Positions 1 through 10,986 of a DNA stretch of 64,000 bases are shown piece after piece; the first letter of the stretch is position 1, and each line of letters starts with the position of its first letter. The DNA lies in contig CAVYBH010000008.1 of the NCBI GenBank assembly GCA_963766715.1, positions 384,001-448,000 on the forward strand, given 5' to 3'. Under the pieces are notes generated by a model, which had not been told where the DNA came from, made no database searches, and was given only the letters and a program-made list of their open reading frames with translations. A program made the translations under genes and the position numbers. The stretch is from an uncultured delta proteobacterium. Its GTDB lineage: Bacteria; Myxococcota; Myxococcia; Myxococcales; Anaeromyxobacteraceae.

Positions 1-4
1 GCGC

Positions 5-941
5 ATGGTGCTCGACACCGAGGCCCGCGCCATCGGCGCGCTGCGCCTCGACGACGCCTTCGCCACCGCCGTGGAGTGGATCCTGGCCTGCAAGGGGCAG
101 GTCGTCCTCACCGGGATCGGCAAGCCGGGGTTCGTGGCCCAGAAGATCTCGGCCACGCTGGCCTCCACCGGCACCCACTCCATCTACCTGCACCCCGCCG
201 AGGCGGCCCACGGCGACCTGGGACGCGTCTCCCGGACCGACGTGATCATCGCGCTCTCCAACAGCGGCGAGTCGGAGGAGATCCTCCGGCTGCTGCCCGC
301 GGTGAAGCGGATCGGCGCGCGGATCGTGGCCGTGACCCGCGACGGGCAGAACCCGCTGGCCCGGGCCGCCGACCTGGTGGTCGCCATCGGCGACGTGGAG
401 GAGGCCTGCCCGATGGGGCTCGCGCCCACCACCAGCACGGCGGCGCTGCTCGCCATCGGGGACGCGCTCGCCATGGCGGTGCTGGAGAACCGGCCCTTCG
501 GGCGCGACGAGTACGCCCTCTACCACCCGGGCGGGAAGCTCGGGCGCCACCTCATGAAGGTGCACGAGCTCATGCGGGCGCGGCGAGGCGAACCCGCTCG
601 TGCGCGCCGACGCGCCGCTCAAGCAGGCCGTGGCGGTCATGACCCGGACGCCGGGACGCCCGGGCGCGGCCACGATGGTGGACGGGCGCGGCAAGCTCCT
701 CGGGGTCTTCACCGACGGTGACCTGCGCCGGCTGGTGGAGCGCCAGCAGGTGGACTTCGACGCCCCGGTCTCGACGGTGATGACCCGCAACCCCCGGACG
801 GTCCGCCCGGAGGAGCGCCTGGTGGAGGCCGCCCGCGTCATGCGCGAGGCCCGCATCGACCAGGTGCCGGTGGTCGACGCGGCCGGGCGGGCCGTCGGCC
901 TGCTCGACGTGCAGGACCTGCTCGCGGCCCGCATCCTCTAG
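5..941 (+). CDS. kdsD: KpsF/GutQ family arabinose-5-phosphate isomerase (SIS + CBS domains); may start before the window; frameshift near 585
   Basis: SIS motifs TGIGKPGFVAQK, HPAEAAHGDLG, SNSGE; CBS part continues in frame 600..941 (GVFTDGDLRR). Confidence 0.85.
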
Positions 942-958
942 CGCCCGAGGCCGCCCGC

Positions 959-1620
959 ATGGCGACGACCCCCGAAGCCCGGCTGCGACGCGACCTCGTG
1001 GAGGTCTGCCGGCGGCTGCACGAGCGCCGGCTGATCGGGGCCGGCGAGGGCAACGTCTCCTGCCGGCTGGGGCGCGATCGACTCCTGGTGACGCCCTCCG
1101 GCGCGAGCAAGGGGTACCTGCGCCCGGCCGACCTGGTGGTCGTGGACCTCGCCGGCGAGAAGGTGCGCGGCCGGGGCCGACCGTCCACCGAGCTGCTCAT
1201 GCACCTGGCGGCCTACGCGGCGCGGCCCGACGCGGGGGCGGTGGTCCACGCCCACCCGCTCACCGCGGTGGCCTTCACCGTCGCCGGGCGTACCCGCCGC
1301 CGGACGACCTGCTCCCCGAGGCGGTGCTGGTCCTCGGCCGGATCGCCGTCGCCCCCTTCGCCACCCCGGGCACCGACGAGGTGCCCCGGTCGCTCGCGCC
1401 CTTCTGGAAGGGGCACTCGGTGATCCTGCTCGAGCGGCACGGCGCGCTGGCGCTGGGGACCGGCCTCTTCCAGGCCCTCGATCGCATGGAGACGCTGGAG
1501 CGCGTGTGCGAGGTCGCCGCTCGCGGCCCGGGCGCTGGGGCGCTGCGAGCCCCTGCCGCGCTCGGCGGTCGAGAAGGTGCTCGCCGCCGGGCGGGCGCTG
1601 GCTGGCCGACGCTACGCGAA
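959..1620 (+). CDS. Class II aldolase/adducin family protein; frameshifts near 1290 and 1520; 3' end approximate
   Basis: GNVSCR, TPSG, STELLMH, VVHAHP, LERHG motifs split over frames. Confidence 0.8.
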
Positions 1621-2120
1621 CATCGCGACGAGGATGAGGGCGATCGGGCCGGCCGCGAAGAGCGCGATCGCCGCCCAGGTCAGCGGATGGTGCGGGGCGA
1701 CCCGGAGCCCGGTACCGTTGGCGCGCGGGACGAGAAGCCAGCCCCGAGGCGGAGGCACCGGGATCTCCACGCTTCCGGGGCCTTCCCGGCGTAGGTCGCG
1801 ATCAGCGCCGCCGGGAGGAAGAGGATCCCGATCCCGGCAGCCATCGCGACCAGCCCCGGGCCCTGCCGAGGGATCGCCGAGAGCCCGGTCAGGATCGCCA
1901 GGAACCACTGCGCGCCGAGCGTGAGGGAGACGACGAGCCTTCGTGAACGGGCCGGATCCGGGGCGGGCGACGAGTGGGCCAGGACGAAACGACGCAGGAG
2001 ACCGAGCCAGGCGACGCCCACGAGCCCCGAGAGGAGTGGCGCACCCGCCGTCCGCACGGACGGGGTGAGTCCCACCGCGCCGAGGAGGACGAACGGTCCC
2101 AGGTGAAGGAGGGTCTTCAC
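1612..2120 (-). CDS. Hypothetical membrane protein; frameshift near 1770
   Basis: Several hydrophobic helices in ORF 1680..2120, continuing in the 1612..1908 frame (LLVPRANGTGLRV...TM). Confidence 0.55.
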
Positions 2121-2144
2121 ACCCGGGATCTTGCCATCACCCGC

Positions 2145-2633
2145 TCAGAGCGGGTAGCCGCCCACCGGGGCGATGTCGAGCTCCGGCGCCTCGGCCAGCA
2201 GCCTCCCCACCGTCGAGTCGGTCCCCGGGACGACCATGTCCGGGCGGAGCTCCGCGAGGGGCGCCAGGACGAAGCGGCGCCGGGCCATCTCCGGGTGGGG
2301 GAGGGTGAGCTCCGGCGTCCGCACCACCAGGTCGCCGACGAGCAGCAGGTCGAGGTCGAGCGTGCGCGGGCCCCAGCGCACGTCCCGGAGCCGGCCGGCA
2401 GCCTGCTCCACCTCGCGCAGGAGCCGGAGCAGCGAGGCGGGCGTCCGCGTCGTCTCCAGCTCCAGGACCGCGTTCAGGTAGCGCGGCTGCGGCGGCCCGA
2501 GCGGCGCCGTGTCCCAGACGCGCGAGGCACGGACCACCGCCACCCCGGGCGCCTCCCGCAGCGCGCGGCCGGCCGCGACCAGGCGCGCCCAGCGGTCGCC
2601 GAGGTTCGTTCCGACGGCGACGAAGGCGCGCAT
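2145..2633 (-). CDS. folK: 2-amino-4-hydroxy-6-hydroxymethyldihydropteridine diphosphokinase
   Basis: AFVAVGTNLGDR, YLNAV, RWGPRTLDLDLL, LPHP motifs. Confidence 0.92.
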   Translation of the reverse strand: MRAFVAVGTNLGDRWARLVAAGRALREAPGVAVVRASRVWDTAPLGPPQPRYLNAVLELETTRTPASLLRLLREVEQAAGRLRDVRWGPRTLDLDLLLVGDLVVRTPELTLPHPEMARRRFVLAPLAELRPDMVVPGTDSTVGRLLAEAPELDIAPVGGYPL

Positions 2634-2647
2634 CCGGGCTCCCCTCC

Positions 2648-3400
2648 CTAGACCACCGGGTTCTTCAGGACGCCCACGCCGCTCACCTCGACCTCGACCC
2701 AGTCGCCGCGCCGGATCGGACCGACTCCCTCGGGCGTTCCGGTGGAGACGAGGTCGCCGGGCAAGAGCGTCATGATCTGGGAGATGAAGGCCACGAGCGC
2801 GTAGGGGTCGAAGACCATGTCGCGGGTCGACCCGCGCTGGCGCTGCTCGCCGTTCACGCGGCAGATGACCACCTGGTCCATGGGGTCGAGCGCCGTCTCC
2901 ACCACCGGCCCGATCGGGCAGAAGGTGTCGTAGGACTTGGCGCGGGTGAAGTGCTGCTCGGCCCGCTGGATGTCCCGGGCCGAGACGTCGTTCAGGCAGG
3001 TCCAGCCGAAGATGGCCTCGCGCGCCGCCACCGCGTTCCCGGCCGTGAGGGGACGGCCGATGACCGCCGCCAGCTCCGCCTCGTGGTGGACCTCCTTCGA
3101 GGCCTCGGGGAGGCGGATCTCCTGCATGGGACCGATGATGGCCGTGGAGGGCTTGAGGAAGAGCAGCGGCTCCTTCGGGACCTCGTTTCCCAGCTCCTTC
3201 GCGTGGGCCCGGTAGTTGCGCCCCACGCACACCACCTTGGACGGCAGCACCGGCGCGAGGAAGGTGACCTCGGCGAGCGGGAAGGCCGGCCCCTCGGGCA
3301 GCCCGCCGTCCCAGGGCGCCGCCGACAGGGCCCGCACCTGCGCGCCCTCGAGCACGCCGTAGCGCTCCTGCCCCTTCCGGGAGAAGCGGCAGGTCCTCAC
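2648..3400 (-). CDS. Fumarylacetoacetate hydrolase family protein
   Basis: [40 protein letters not shown] start overlaps the dapB stop. Confidence 0.9.
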   Translation of the reverse strand: MRTCRFSRKGQERYGVLEGAQVRALSAAPWDGGLPEGPAFPLAEVTFLAPVLPSKVVCVGRNYRAHAKELGNEVPKEPLLFLKPSTAIIGPMQEIRLPEASKEVHHEAELAAVIGRPLTAGNAVAAREAIFGWTCLNDVSARDIQRAEQHFTRAKSYDTFCPIGPVVETALDPMDQVVICRVNGEQRQRGSTRDMVFDPYALVAFISQIMTLLPGDLVSTGTPEGVGPIRRGDWVEVEVSGVGVLKNPVV

Positions 3401-4214
3401 GGCGCACCCCGCAGCCCGAGGACGTCGTGCATGTCGTAGACGCCGGGCGCGCGCCCCTTCACCCAGCGCGCGGCGCGCAGGGCGCCTCGTCGCGAACTGA
3501 TCGCGGGAGGTGGCCCGGTGGGTGACCTCCAGGCGCTCCCCCTGGCCGGCGAAGTAGACGGTGTGCTCCCCCACCACGTCCCCTCCGCGCAGCGTCATGA
3601 CCCCGATCTCCCGGGGCGAGCGCTCGCCGATCATGCCGTGGCGCTCGTAGACCACGTCCTTCGCCGGATCGCGGTGGAGCGCCTCGGCGGCCACCTCGGC
3701 CAGCCGGACCGCGGTGCCGCTGGGCGCGTCCTTCTTCTTCCCGTGGTGCATCTCCACGATCTCGACGTCGTAGGCGTCGCCGAGCACGCGGGCGGCCTGC
3801 TCCACCAGCGCGAACATCACGTTCACGCCGACGCTCATGTTGGGCGAGAGCACCACCGGGATCCGGGCCGCGTGCTCGCGGATCCGGGCCTTCTCCTCGG
3901 CGGAGATGCCGGTGGAGCCGATGACCATGGCCACCCCGTGGGCGGCGGCGATGGCCGTGTTCTGCACCGAGGCCTCGTGGCTCGTGAAGTCGACGACCAC
4001 GTCGGCCCGGACCGCGTCGAGGAGCGGGCGCAGGTCCTCCGCGACCGGGACGCCGATGCGGGGAAGCCCGGCCGCCTCGCCGGCGTCCCCGGGCCCCGCG
4101 TAGCCGGGGCGCTCCACCGTCCCGACGAGCGTCAGGTCGGCGGACTCCCGGAGCATCCGGAGGATGTGGCCGCCCATCCGGCCGGCGACCCCGGTCACGC
4201 ACGACGTTCACCAT
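3397..4214 (-). CDS. dapB: 4-hydroxy-tetrahydrodipicolinate reductase; frameshifts near 4200 and 3490
   Basis: [40 protein letters not shown]. Confidence 0.92.
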
Positions 4215-4252
4215 GTCGTTCTCCTTGGATCCGGGGCGCGCGGAAGGCGCGA

Positions 4253-5140
4253 TCAGGCGGCGACGACCAGCCCGAAGCGGACCATGGCGTCGCGGATCTT
4301 CACCAGGCTGGGCTCCGAGACCTGCCAGAGCGGGAGCCGGATCTCGGGGCCGGCCTTGCCGAGGAGCGCCACCGCCGCCTTCACCGGGCCGGGGTTGGTC
4401 TCGACGAACATGATCCGGTTCAGCTCGGCCATGGCCACCTGCCTCGAGAGCGCGAGCGCGTGGTCGCCCTTGCGGGCAGCCACCACCAGCTCCTTCATGG
4501 CGCGCGGGGCCACGTTCCCGATGACCGAGATGACGCCGTGGCCGCCGCAGGCGATGTAGGGCAGCACGGTGAAGTCGTCGCCGGACAGGTAGGCGATGGC
4601 GTCCATGCCGCAGCGCTCGACGAGCTGGACCTGCCGGTCCATGTTCGCCGTCGCCTCCTTGATGCCGGCGATGGCGCCCGCCTTCACCAGCCGCTCCACC
4701 GTCTCGGGGAGCAGGTCCACCGAGGTCCGGCTGGGGACGTTGTAGGCCACCACCGGGAAGCCCACCGAGTCCCAGATCTTCATGTAGTGCCGGTAGAGCC
4801 CCTCCTGCGTCGGCTTGTTGTAGTAGGGGGTCACCACCAGCGCGGCGTCGGCCCGGAGCTCGCGCGCCAGCTTCACGGCCTCGACGGCGTCGGCGGTGGA
4901 GTTGGAGCCGGCCCCGGCGATCACCTTCACCCGTCCGCGGGCCGCCTCCACCACGGTGCGGATGACGTCGGTCCGCTCGCGCGGCGTGAGGGTGGCTCCC
5001 TCGCCGGTGGTGCCGCACGGGACGATGCCGTCCGTGCCCTCCCGGATCTGCCATTCGACGAGCTCGCGGAGCGACGCCAGGTCCGGCTTGTCGTCCCGGA
5101 GCGGCGTCACGATGGCGACCATCGCGCCTTGCAGCATCAT
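4253..5140 (-). CDS. dapA: 4-hydroxy-tetrahydrodipicolinate synthase
   Basis: GTTGE, PYYNKP, YNVPSRT, GIKEA, SGDD, ETNP; intact ORF. Confidence 0.95.
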   Translation of the reverse strand: MMLQGAMVAIVTPLRDDKPDLASLRELVEWQIREGTDGIVPCGTTGEGATLTPRERTDVIRTVVEAARGRVKVIAGAGSNSTADAVEAVKLARELRADAALVVTPYYNKPTQEGLYRHYMKIWDSVGFPVVAYNVPSRTSVDLLPETVERLVKAGAIAGIKEATANMDRQVQLVERCGMDAIAYLSGDDFTVLPYIACGGHGVISVIGNVAPRAMKELVVAARKGDHALALSRQVAMAELNRIMFVETNPGPVKAAVALLGKAGPEIRLPLWQVSEPSLVKIRDAMVRFGLVVAA

Positions 5141-5171
5141 GTTCTTCCTCCGCGGATGTGGGGGAACGACT

Positions 5172-6456
5172 CTAGCCGATCCGGCGGCGTGCCGGGAACC
5201 GGCGTCCCGGCGGCCGGGCCTTTTCGCCGCGGACGAGGTCGGGCCAGACCTCCCGCTTCCGGACGAGGCGGGCCAGGTCGCCCTCGACGAGGACCTCCGC
5301 GGCGCGCGGACGGGCGTTGTAGTTGGACGACATGGAGAAGCCGTAGGCGCCGGCCGAGCGGACGCAGAGCAGGTCGCCCGCCTCGGGCACCGGCATCTTC
5401 CGCCCCTGGGCCAGGAAGTCGGACGACTCGCAGACCGGGCCGACCACGTCCACCGTGCCGGCGGGCCGGGGAGCGGCCCCGCAGGGCTCGATGTCGTGGT
5501 GGGCGCCGTACAGGCTGGGGCGGACCAGGTCGTTCATCGCGGCGTCGACCACGGCGAAGACCTTGCGGCCGCTCTTCTTCACGTGGAGGACGCGGGTGAG
5601 CAGGACGCCGGCGTTGCCCACCAGCACCCGCCCCGGCTCGAGCAGCACCTCTCCCCGGAAGCCGCGCATGGCCTTCTTCACCGCGGCGCCGTACTCGTCG
5701 GGATGGGGCGGCTCCTCGTCGCGGTACTGGATCCCCAGCCCGCCGCCGATGTCGAGGTGCGCGAGCGCGATCCCCGACCGGCCCAGGTCGCGGGCCAGCG
5801 CCCGGACGCGCGCGATGGCGTCCAGGAACGGCTCCACCGAGGTGATCTGGGAGCCGATGTGGCAGGCGATCCCCCGGATGTCGATGGCCGGGTCCTGGGC
5901 CGCCGCGTGGTAGAGCCGCCCGGCGTCCTCCACCGAGACGCCGAACTTGGACTTCTTCAGGCCGGTGGCGATGTACGGGTGGGTCCTGGGGATCGACGTC
6001 GGGATTCACCCGAAGTGCAACGGGGGCGGCCACGCCCAGCCGGCGCGCCACCACCGACACCCGGGCCAGCTCCGAGCCGCTCTCCACGTTGAGGCACTTC
6101 ACCCGCTGGGACAGGGCGAAGGCGATCTCCTCGTCGGTCTTGCCGACGCCGCTGAAGACGACCTTGCGGGGGTCGCCGCCGGCCTTCAGCACCCGGTAGA
6201 GCTCCCCGCCGGAGACGATGTCGAAGCCGGCCCCCAGGCGCGCGAAGAGGTCGAGGATGGCCAGGTTGCCGTTCGCCTTGGCGGCGTAGCAGACCAGGTG
6301 CCGGATCCCGGAGAGCGAGCGGTCGAGGACCTTCCAGTGCCGGCGCAGCGTGGCCGTCGAGTAGACGTAGAGCGGCGTGCCGTAGGCCCGCGCCAGGTCC
6401 TCCAGCCGGATCTTCTCGGCGCGAAGCTCGCCGTCCTTGCGTTCGAAGTGGTTCAT
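5172..6456 (-). CDS. lysA: Diaminopimelate decarboxylase; frameshift near 5990
   Basis: [42 protein letters not shown]. Confidence 0.93.
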
Positions 6457-6572
6457 TTCGCGACCTGGCTCTCCGGGGTCTCGGCGGCGGGCTTCGCCGT
6501 GGGGCGTGGGGGTCCCTTCACGCCGCAGGCGGCCAGCGCGAGGAGGAGGACGAGCGGCGCGAGCGCCCTCAC
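6453..6572 (-). CDS. Small lipoprotein (LptM/YifL-like), 39 aa
   Basis: [24 protein letters not shown]: lipobox LAAC plus CGxKGP, directly upstream of lysA. Confidence 0.7.
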   Translation of the reverse strand: MRALAPLVLLLALAACGVKGPPRPTAKPAAETPESQVAK

Positions 6573-7991
6573 CGCGCCCCCTTCAGTTCCTTCTCCCAGC
6601 GGGCGAGCTCGGCCGCCACGCGGCGCGGGGCGGGACCGCCCGGGATGTCGCGCCGGGCCAGGCTCCGCTCCGGGTCGAAGCACCGCGACACGCCGCGGTC
6701 GAACGCCGGGTGGAAGGTGCGCCACTCGGCGAGCGAGAGCGCGGAGAGCTTCCGCTCGCTCGCGGGTCGCGAAGGCGGCCGCCTTGCCCACCGCCTCGTG
6801 CGCCTCCCGGAACGGCACGCCCCGGTCGACGAGGTACTCGGCCGCGTCGGTGGCCAGGCTCTCGCCGCCCTCGAGCGCCGCGCGCATCCGCTCGGGCTGG
6901 AAGCGCGCCGTCTCCACCGCGCCGGCCAGCGCCTCGAGCGTCTCCCCCAGCATCCGCGGCGCGCCGAGGAGCGGCCGCTTGTCCTCCTGGAGGTCGCGGT
7001 TGTAGGCGAGCGGCAGGTTCTTCACGACGGCCAGCAGGCCGACCAGGTCGCCGATGGCGGTCCCGGCCCTGCCCCGCGCCAGCTCGGCCACGTCCGAGTT
7101 CTTCTTCTGGGGCATGAGCGAGCTCCCGGTCGCGAAGGCGTCGTCGAGCTCCATGAAGCCGAACTCGCGGGTGGTCCAGAGGACGATCTCCTCTCCCAGC
7201 CGCGACAGGTGGACGGACGGCGAGCGCGCAGGCGAAGACCAGCTCGATGGCGCTGTCCCGATCCGAGACCGCGTCGAGCGAGTTCCGGGTGACGCCGTCG
7301 AGCCCGAGCTCCCGGGCCGTCCGCTCCCGGTCGATGGGCAAGCGTCGTCCCGGCCAGCGCCCCCGAGCCGAGCGGCGAGATGGCGGCGCGCGCCCGGACC
7401 TCGACGAGCCGCTGCCGGTCGCGTCCCAGCATCTCGACGTAGGCGAGCAGGTGGTGGGCCAGCGTCACCGGCTGGGCTCTCTGCAGATGGGTGTAGCCGG
7501 GGAGCAGCGTGCCCTGGTGGCGCCGCGCCTGGCCCAGCGAGCGCCCGCATCAGGCCGGCGAGCGCGCCGCGGAGCCGGTCGCAGGACTCGACGATGAAGA
7601 GCCGCTCGTCGAGGGCCACCTGGTCGTTGCGGCTGCGCCCGGCGTGCAGGTAGCCGGCGGCTCGCCCCACGATCTCGCCCAGGCGCCGCTCGGCGTGCGT
7701 GTGCACGTCCTCGAGCCGGTCGTCGAAGCGGATGCGGCCGGCCGCGAACTCGCGCCGGACCTGGTCGAGCCCCTTCTTGACCTTGCGCGCCACCGCGGCC
7801 GGCACGATGCCCCGGGCGGCGAGCATGGCCACGTGGGCCTGGCTTCCGCGGATGTCCTGCTCGTGGAGCGCGGCGTCGTCCTGGATGGACACGGACATCC
7901 TCACCAGGCGGGGATCGGCCTCCCCCGCCAGGGCGGCGCGCGACACGGGCTTGGGTCTCCGGCCTGCGGATCCCTTCGGCTTTTTCCTCAT
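6569..7991 (-). CDS. argH: Argininosuccinate lyase; several frameshifts
   Basis: [40 protein letters not shown]. Confidence 0.92.
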
Positions 7992-8119
7992 CGCCCGCGG
8001 AGGCTACCACAATGTCCGGCGCCCGCCTCGGCGCCGCGAACCCCCACCCTTCCGCTTGGCTCCGACGGACTCGTCCGGCCACGATGAGGGCCGGAATTCC
8101 CCACGAGCGGAGGTCGCAC

Positions 8120-8548
8120 ATGGCAGGCGAACAGGAGATCGTCGTCACCTTTCCCGGCGGCAAGCGGGTGGACGCGCAGGTCGGTGGCCACGTCGTCCGG
8201 ACCGACCAGCCGATCCAGGGAGGCGGCGGCGACCAGTACCCCACGCCCTTCGCGCTCTTCGCTGCGTCGATGGGAACCTGCGCCGGGATCTTCGTGGTCG
8301 GCTTCTGCCAGAAGCGCGACTTGCCGCTCGACGGGATCCGGATCGTCGAGCGCCTGCGCTACGCGGACGACGGCGCGCTCGCCGGGGTGGACCTCGACAT
8401 CGAGGTGCCGGCCGCGTTCCCCGAGAAGTACCGGGACGCGCTGGTCCGGGTCGCGGACCAGTGCTCGGTGAAGCGGGCCATCCAGGCCCAGCCCGCCTTC
8501 CAGGTGCGGACCGTCGTCACGGGCCGCCGGCAGGCGGTCCCGACCTAG
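8120..8548 (+). CDS. OsmC family protein
   Basis: TDQP...PTPFALFAASMGTCAG and second Cys in ADQCSVKR; GGAGG SD upstream. Confidence 0.85.
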   Translation: MAGEQEIVVTFPGGKRVDAQVGGHVVRTDQPIQGGGGDQYPTPFALFAASMGTCAGIFVVGFCQKRDLPLDGIRIVERLRYADDGALAGVDLDIEVPAAFPEKYRDALVRVADQCSVKRAIQAQPAFQVRTVVTGRRQAVPT

Positions 8549-10463
8549 AAGACGATTCCCGAGCCCGGCGTGGATGTTCTGGGCCACGCCGCTCGGGGTG
8601 GTGGTGGCCGAGATGCCGCTCACGGTGGTCGTCATGTTGAACCCGGAGAGCAGCTTCAGGAGGCCGTAGTCGAGGAAGAAGACGAACCCGTCGTCGGACT
8701 GGTACTTCACGCCCAGATCGAGCTCCACGCCGAGCGGCGTGCTCGTCCCCGACGGCGTGGAGGTCGCGGTGATCGCCTGCGAGTAGACGACCTGCGCGCC
8801 GACGTTGAGGCCGTCGAGGATGTCCCAGCGGAAGGTGGGCTTGAGGTACCAGGCGTCGGTGACCGTCCCGATCAGCCGCCGCCAGAGGATCAGGTCGACC
8901 TGGTAGGCGGGGTTGAACCGGTAGTTGTTGATGCTGGGGCTCGAGTCCTGGGCGGCGATGGCGCTGTACTGCTGCCCGTCGAACGAGCCCGGGAGCGCCA
9001 TCTGGTTGCAGCGCAGGGGGTCGGTCGCGGCCAGCGAGAGGTTGCAGCGGCCGGGGAAGTTGCCGAAGCCCGGTGCCGAGTCGCCGCTGGCGATGCCGAA
9101 CTCGCCGCCCACCGCGAACCGCCCGCCCTCGCCCAGCTTGGCCTTGCCGCGGAGGACGCCGGCGCCCTGGCGGATGCTCGCCGACACCGCGGTCGCGGTC
9201 GGGTCCCAGTTCACGTTGCCGATGCTGCCCCAGATCCCGACGCCCTCGGCCTCGAGCTCGAAGTTCTTGTGCACCCAGCGGAAGAAGAGGTCGAGCGGTG
9301 CCGGCGCTGGCGTCGCGCTTGATGAGCGTGAAGTCGGTGCCCAGGCCGACCGGGACGATGCCCGCCGGCGAGGTCTGCAGCGAGAGCATGGGCAGGCCGA
9401 ACCGCTCCGACTTGTAGTTGAAGAGCAGGCCGTAGCTGATGCTCGAGGCGCCCTTCTCCAGCTTGCGGCGCTGCTGGTCCGGCGTGTCCTGGCGCGCCAC
9501 CATCAGGCCGATGGCGCCGACGTCGTCGTCCTGGGTCCAGTTGACGGGCTGGCCGATGCCCACGGTGTTGAAGGTGCCGGCGTAGGTCACGCCGGAGCCG
9601 GCCCACTCGTAGTACGGCGTGACGGCCAGGCCGCCGAGGAACTGGCCGAGCGGGATCGAGAACTGGATGCGGTCGACGTTGTCGCCGAAGTCCTGATCGA
9701 TGCCGTCGCCGTTGTTGTAGTAGATGCCCACGCCCCAGTTGGCGGGCATGCGGCCGAAGCTGAGCAGGCCCACGGGCGTCTGGACCTCGCCCCAGGCCCG
9801 CTTCACCGCGATGGCGCTCGAGAACCAGTTCACGCCCGCCATGGGGGACGTCTGGCTGTTCGAGAAGAACGGGAACTGGTTGTAGTCGCGCCCCGTCGGC
9901 GACGAGCCGAGGATCACGTTGTCGAGGAAGTCGATCTCGGCCCGGATGCGGACCTGCTCGGAGATGTTGAAGGTGGGGTCGACGCGCAGGCGCATGTTGC
10001 CGCTCGTCTGGGTCCCGTTCGGCGGCGAGCTGCTGATGTCGGTGTTGCCGTTCCACAGGTACCAGCCCATGGGGTCGGCGGGCAGGTCGGCGTTCAGGTT
10101 GTTGAAGAGGTCCCAGCGGAAGCGGAAGTAGCCGTTCAGCTCGAGGAAGTTGAGCTTCTTCTTCTCCCCCTGCTCGCCCAGGAACTCGGCGGCCGACTGC
10201 GCGCCCTGGATCTCGGCGCGGACCTCGTCGCGAAGCTGCTCCTTGACCTTCGCGACCTCCTTCTGGACCGCCTCCTGGATCCGCGCGTCCATCTCGGCCT
10301 GCGAGATCGACCCGGCCGGCGGCGTCGAGAGCGTCCCGGCCGGCGACGTCGAGAGCGTCCCCGTCGTGGGCGACGGCAGCGGGGCGGCGGAGGGAGTCGT
10401 CTGGGCGTTCGCGGTCCCGAAAAGGAGCGACGAGGCGAGGGCGATGCGGAGGAGGTGCGTCAT
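8545..10463 (-). CDS. Myxobacterial outer-membrane beta-barrel protein (TIGR04551-like); frameshifts near 9300 and 8555
   Basis: Signal peptide, LELNGYFRFR, GNMRLR, KRAWGEV, GRMP, FNPAYQVDLILWR, C-terminal aromatic residue (GIVF). Confidence 0.7.
10311..10358. repeat. Two tandem 24-bp units in the N-terminal Ser/Thr/Pro linker of the outer-membrane protein
   Basis: cccggccggcggcgtcgagagcgt followed by cccggccggcgacgtcgagagcgt (1 mismatch). Confidence 0.85.
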
Positions 10464-10497
10464 GGGGGTCTCACTAACCACGCGTTTCCAGGCTCGG

Positions 10498-10905
10498 TCA
10501 AGCGTTCCGGGGGCCCTGGCGGAGCTCGACCAGCACGCCCCGGCTTCCCTTGGGATGGACGAAGGCGACGCGGGCTCCGCCGGCGCCCGGGCGCGGCTTC
10601 TCGTCGAGCAGGGGAGCCCCCTGCGCCTTCAGCGCCGCCATCGCCTTCTCGATGTCCGGGACCTCCAGGCACACGTGGTGGAGCCCCTCGCCGCGCTTCT
10701 CGATGGTCTTCGCCATCGGGCTGTCCGGGCCGCTCGGGGAGACCAGCTCGATCCGGCCGGCGCCGTGGCCGAAGATGGCGACCCGCACCTTCTCCGAGGG
10801 CACCTCCTCGACCTCGGCCAGCTCCAGGCCGTAGACGTCGCGGTAGAGGCGGATGGCGGCGTCGAGGTCGGACACCAGGATGGCGACGTGGTCGAGACCC
10901 TTCAT
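10498..10905 (-). CDS. mce: Methylmalonyl-CoA epimerase (VOC family)
   Basis: LDHVAILV, IELVSP, GEGLHHVC, AFVHPK, GVLVEL. Confidence 0.85.
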   Translation of the reverse strand: MKGLDHVAILVSDLDAAIRLYRDVYGLELAEVEEVPSEKVRVAIFGHGAGRIELVSPSGPDSPMAKTIEKRGEGLHHVCLEVPDIEKAMAALKAQGAPLLDEKPRPGAGGARVAFVHPKGSRGVLVELRQGPRNA

Positions 10906-10986
10906 GGACTTCCTCCGGATGGCGGTGGGCCCCGGATCAAAGGGCCTCGGGTGCCATCCGTCAACCACGACCTGCGCGGCGGGGTC

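Noticed and set aside
2648..4198. Apparent DapB-FAH fusion
   Set aside because: Indel near 3490; dapB has its own TGA overlapping the FAH GTG start
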